Assembly (NCBI GenBank): GCA_035633415.1
Contig: DASQEZ010000076.1
Coordinates: 1-43,072 of the forward strand
Direction of reading: 5' to 3'
From: Ornithinibacter sp.
Lineage (GTDB): Bacteria > Actinomycetota > Actinomycetes > Actinomycetales > Dermatophilaceae
DNA: 43,072 bases
In this document: positions 39,184 through 43,072 of the stretch, piece by piece
Layout: each line of letters begins with the position of its first letter
How positions within the stretch are numbered: position 1 is the first letter of the stretch
The notes under the pieces: generated by a model
Told to the model about the DNA's origin: nothing
What the model saw: the letters and a program-made list of their open reading frames with translations, nothing else
The model's database searches: none
Position numbers and translations under genes: made by a program

Positions 39184-39307
39184 GGTGCGCTCCTGCGGTG
39201 CGGTGGTCGTGGCGGAGCGGGCTGGCGCGGTGCGTGAGGACCGCGTCGTCCCGCACCACCTATTGTGGCGCGTGGCCCGACGGGTCGGTCACCCGGCCAC
39301 CATCCGG

Positions 39308-40402
39308 TCAGCGGGCGCCGAGCTCGCGGGCCACCAGCTCGGCGGTCTGCACCATGTTGAGCGCCGCGCCCTTGCGCAGGTTGTCTCCGCAGATGAACAG
39401 GTCGATCGTGTTCGGCGACTCCGGGGCCTGGCGCAGCCGACCGGCGAACCGCGGGTCCGCGCCGACGACGTCGTTGGGGGTCGGGAACTCCGGCTCGTCG
39501 GGGTCGTCGAGGACGACGACGGCAGGTGCCTCGACGAGCGCTCGACGGGCATCGGACACGTTGACCCGCTGAGCGAAGGTCGCGTGGATGGTCACCGAGT
39601 GCGACGACACGACGGGCACCCGCACGCAGGTGGCCGAGATCGGCAGGTCCGGGATGTCGAGGATCTTGCGGGTCTCCTCGCGCACCTTGACCTCCTCCGA
39701 GGTCCAGCCGTCCCCGACGTGGTGCCCGACGAAGGGAATGACGTTGAGCGCCAACGGTGCCGGGAAGGGCGACGACCCCAGTTCCTCCTCGATGAGCCGT
39801 CGCACGTCACCGGGGCGGGTGCCGAGCTCGCGGTGCCCGTGCACGACGTCGAGCTCGTCGTGCAAGCGGGTCATCCCGGTGCGGCCCAGGCCCGAGGCGG
39901 CCTGGAGGGTGGTGACGACCAGCCCGGTGAGCTCCCAGGCACCGTGCAGCACGGCAAGCGCGTCGATCATCGTCATGACGGTGGCGCCGGGGTTCGCGAT
40001 GATGCCGCGGGGCCGGTCGGCGACCTTGCGGGGGTTGACCTCGGGCACGACGAGCGGGACGTCGGGCTCGGTCCGGAACTCGGTGCTGTTGTCGATGGCG
40101 ACGACCCCGCGGGCGGCGGCGAGCTCGACCCACTCGCGGGCGATCGAGGGCGGGATGTCGAAGATCGCCACGTCGATGCCGTCGAAGAACTCCGGCGACA
40201 GGGCCTCGATGACCACGTCCTCACCCCCGACGCGCAGCGTCGAGCCGACGTCCTCGGCACCGGCGGCCAGTCGCACCCGAGCCCAGTGCAGGTGACGGGT
40301 CGGCAGCACGTCGAGCACGACCCGGCCGACGGCGCCGGTCACCCCCACGATGCCCAGTGTGGGCAGCGCGCCCGCCGCGGTTACCTCCCCGGTGGCATCC
40401 AC
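39308..40402 (-). CDS. asd: Aspartate-semialdehyde dehydrogenase homolog lacking the canonical catalytic Cys
   Basis: GVTGAVG, IDNS, VPEVN, QAASG, CVRVPV..SH, DNLRKGAALN; active-site segment reads NPGAT rather than NPNCT; directly downstream of ask. Confidence 0.85.
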   Translation of the reverse strand: MDATGEVTAAGALPTLGIVGVTGAVGRVVLDVLPTRHLHWARVRLAAGAEDVGSTLRVGGEDVVIEALSPEFFDGIDVAIFDIPPSIAREWVELAAARGVVAIDNSTEFRTEPDVPLVVPEVNPRKVADRPRGIIANPGATVMTMIDALAVLHGAWELTGLVVTTLQAASGLGRTGMTRLHDELDVVHGHRELGTRPGDVRRLIEEELGSSPFPAPLALNVIPFVGHHVGDGWTSEEVKVREETRKILDIPDLPISATCVRVPVVSSHSVTIHATFAQRVNVSDARRALVEAPAVVVLDDPDEPEFPTPNDVVGADPRFAGRLRQAPESPNTIDLFICGDNLRKGAALNMVQTAELVARELGAR

Positions 40403-40403
40403 G

Positions 40404-41678
<1,275 letters not shown>

Positions 41679-41783
41679 GCGCTACTCCCGTGACGGTGGT
41701 TCGGTGGGGTCCCACCCACTGTAACCGGACGTCCACGGACCGGACCGTGCGCCCGGATGCCGGTCACCCCGCCTCCGGGACCC

Positions 41784-41859
41784 CCGACCTATTGCGGAAT
41801 CGCGACATCCACGGGCCTGCTCAGCCGCTGCTGAATGTCGCGCATCCGCAATAAGTCGG
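41784..41859. repeat. Intergenic palindromic element, copy 2
   Basis: Arms CCGACCTATTGCGGAATCGCGACAT and ATGTCGCGCATCCGCAATAAGTCGG; homologous to 23102-23168. Confidence 0.75.
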
Positions 41860-41942
41860 CCTTGGGAGGAGTCGGGGGGCGGTGGCTGGCGTAGCGTCGC
41901 GACCAGGTCCCTCCGCCCCGCCCACACCTCGAGGAGTTCCCC

Positions 41943-43070
41943 ATGTCGATCGTCATCGTCGGCGCCGGTCTGGCCGGCGGCACCGCGGCCACCGAGCTGC
42001 GCGAGCAGGGCCACGAGGGGCCGGTGGTGCTCGTCGGCGCCGAGGCGCACCCGCCGTACGAGCGCCCGCCCCTGTCGAAGGGCTACCTGCTCGGCACCGA
42101 CCCGATCGACGATGCGTTCGTGCACCCGCTGGACTGGTACGCCGAGCACGACGTCGACCTCCGGCTCGGCGTCGAGGCGACCGCGGTCGACACCGACGCC
42201 CACGTCGTGCACACCTCGACGGGCGAGGACCTCACCTACGAGCGGCTGCTGCTGGCGACCGGCGCCGAGCCACGCCGGCTCGCGGTCGCCGAGGACAGCG
42301 GTGTGCCCACGGCCTACCTGCGCACCATCGAGGACAGCGATCGGCTCAAGGCCGCCTTCGCGAAGGGCGGGCGGATCGCGGTCGTCGGGGCGGGCTGGAT
42401 CGGGCTCGAGGCCGCGGCCGCGGCCCGCACGGCGGGATGCGAGGTCACCGTGTTCGAGACGGCCGAGCTACCCCTGCTGCGGGTGCTCGGGCCCACCGTC
42501 GCGCAGGCGTTCGCCGACCTGCACCGCGACCACGGTGTCGACCTGCGCCTGGGCACCGCGGTCACGGCCGGCGACCTGGCCGGCGCCGACCTCGTCGTGG
42601 CCGGGGTCGGCGTCACGCCCCGGGTCGCCCTCGCCGAGGCGGCCGGGCTGGCCGTCGACGACGGGGTGCTCGTGGATGCCGGCCTGCGCACCTCGGTGCC
42701 CAGCGTGCTCGCCGTCGGCGACATCGCCAACCACGCGCACCCCGTCCTCGGTCGACGGATCCGGGTCGAGCACTGGGACACCGCCATCAACCAGGCCAAG
42801 GTCGCCGCGCACAACCTCGCCGGCGGCGACGAGGTCTACGACGCGATGCCCTACTTCTTCACCGACCAGTACGACCTGGGCATGGAGTACGTCGGCCACG
42901 CGGGGGCGGACGACGAGGTCGTCGTGCACGGCGACCTGGCCGGGCTGGCCTTCCGGGCCTTCTGGTTGCGCGACGGCCGGGTCGTGGCGGCGATGCACGC
43001 CAACGACTGGGACGCCACCGACGACCTGCGGGCCGCCGTCGCGTCAGGCGACCTCCCGCCGGCTCCCTGA
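41943..43070 (+). CDS. NAD(P)/FAD-dependent ferredoxin reductase-like oxidoreductase
   Basis: GAGLAG, YERPPLSK, LATGA, GAGWIGLE, GDIA, RVEHW, YFFTDQYD; GAGGAG RBS. Confidence 0.92.
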   Translation: MSIVIVGAGLAGGTAATELREQGHEGPVVLVGAEAHPPYERPPLSKGYLLGTDPIDDAFVHPLDWYAEHDVDLRLGVEATAVDTDAHVVHTSTGEDLTYERLLLATGAEPRRLAVAEDSGVPTAYLRTIEDSDRLKAAFAKGGRIAVVGAGWIGLEAAAAARTAGCEVTVFETAELPLLRVLGPTVAQAFADLHRDHGVDLRLGTAVTAGDLAGADLVVAGVGVTPRVALAEAAGLAVDDGVLVDAGLRTSVPSVLAVGDIANHAHPVLGRRIRVEHWDTAINQAKVAAHNLAGGDEVYDAMPYFFTDQYDLGMEYVGHAGADDEVVVHGDLAGLAFRAFWLRDGRVVAAMHANDWDATDDLRAAVASGDLPPAP

Positions 43071-43072
43071 GG

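Noticed and set aside
41679-41942. Lysine riboswitch or attenuator upstream of ask
   Set aside because: No recognisable L-box elements or Lys/Thr-rich leader peptide; the only clear structure is the palindromic repeat copy. An Rfam search would settle it.

Overview
High-GC actinobacterial chromosome segment; the gene set suggests Micrococcales/Intrasporangiaceae-like origin, which is an inference. It holds about 38 CDS. I recognised no rRNA, tRNA, CRISPR array, transposase or phage genes. Left to right: 3' part of a single-chain acyl-CoA carboxylase, Sfp-type PPTase, flavodoxin, pyruvate kinase-like protein, GH13, ohrR/ohr, GGDEF-EAL, O-acyltransferase, a galactofuranan cluster (glfT1, GT2, glf, glfT2, wzm, wzt, DUF6541-like), amidase, a small lipoprotein, an unusual five-gene operon (23667-29572), GAP protein, glutaminase, Asp racemase with a D-Asp-ligase-like ATP-grasp, PLD, a two-component system, DUF427, pfp, asd-like, ask and a ferredoxin reductase. 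The best candidate for an undescribed system is the five-gene operon, whose four junctions all show 4-nt start/stop overlaps. It encodes a 968-aa protein with about 20 tandem 29-aa helical repeats and a C-terminal HExxH domain, a signal-less gingipain-like (C25, clan CD) His-Cys enzyme, an ACP, an active ketosynthase and a truncated non-catalytic KS partner. It may be a protein-processing/lipidation system. Other notable points are an asd homolog lacking its catalytic Cys, a two-copy intergenic palindromic element and an over-represented GGATGCC heptamer. All family calls come from motif recognition by eye; no searches were run.
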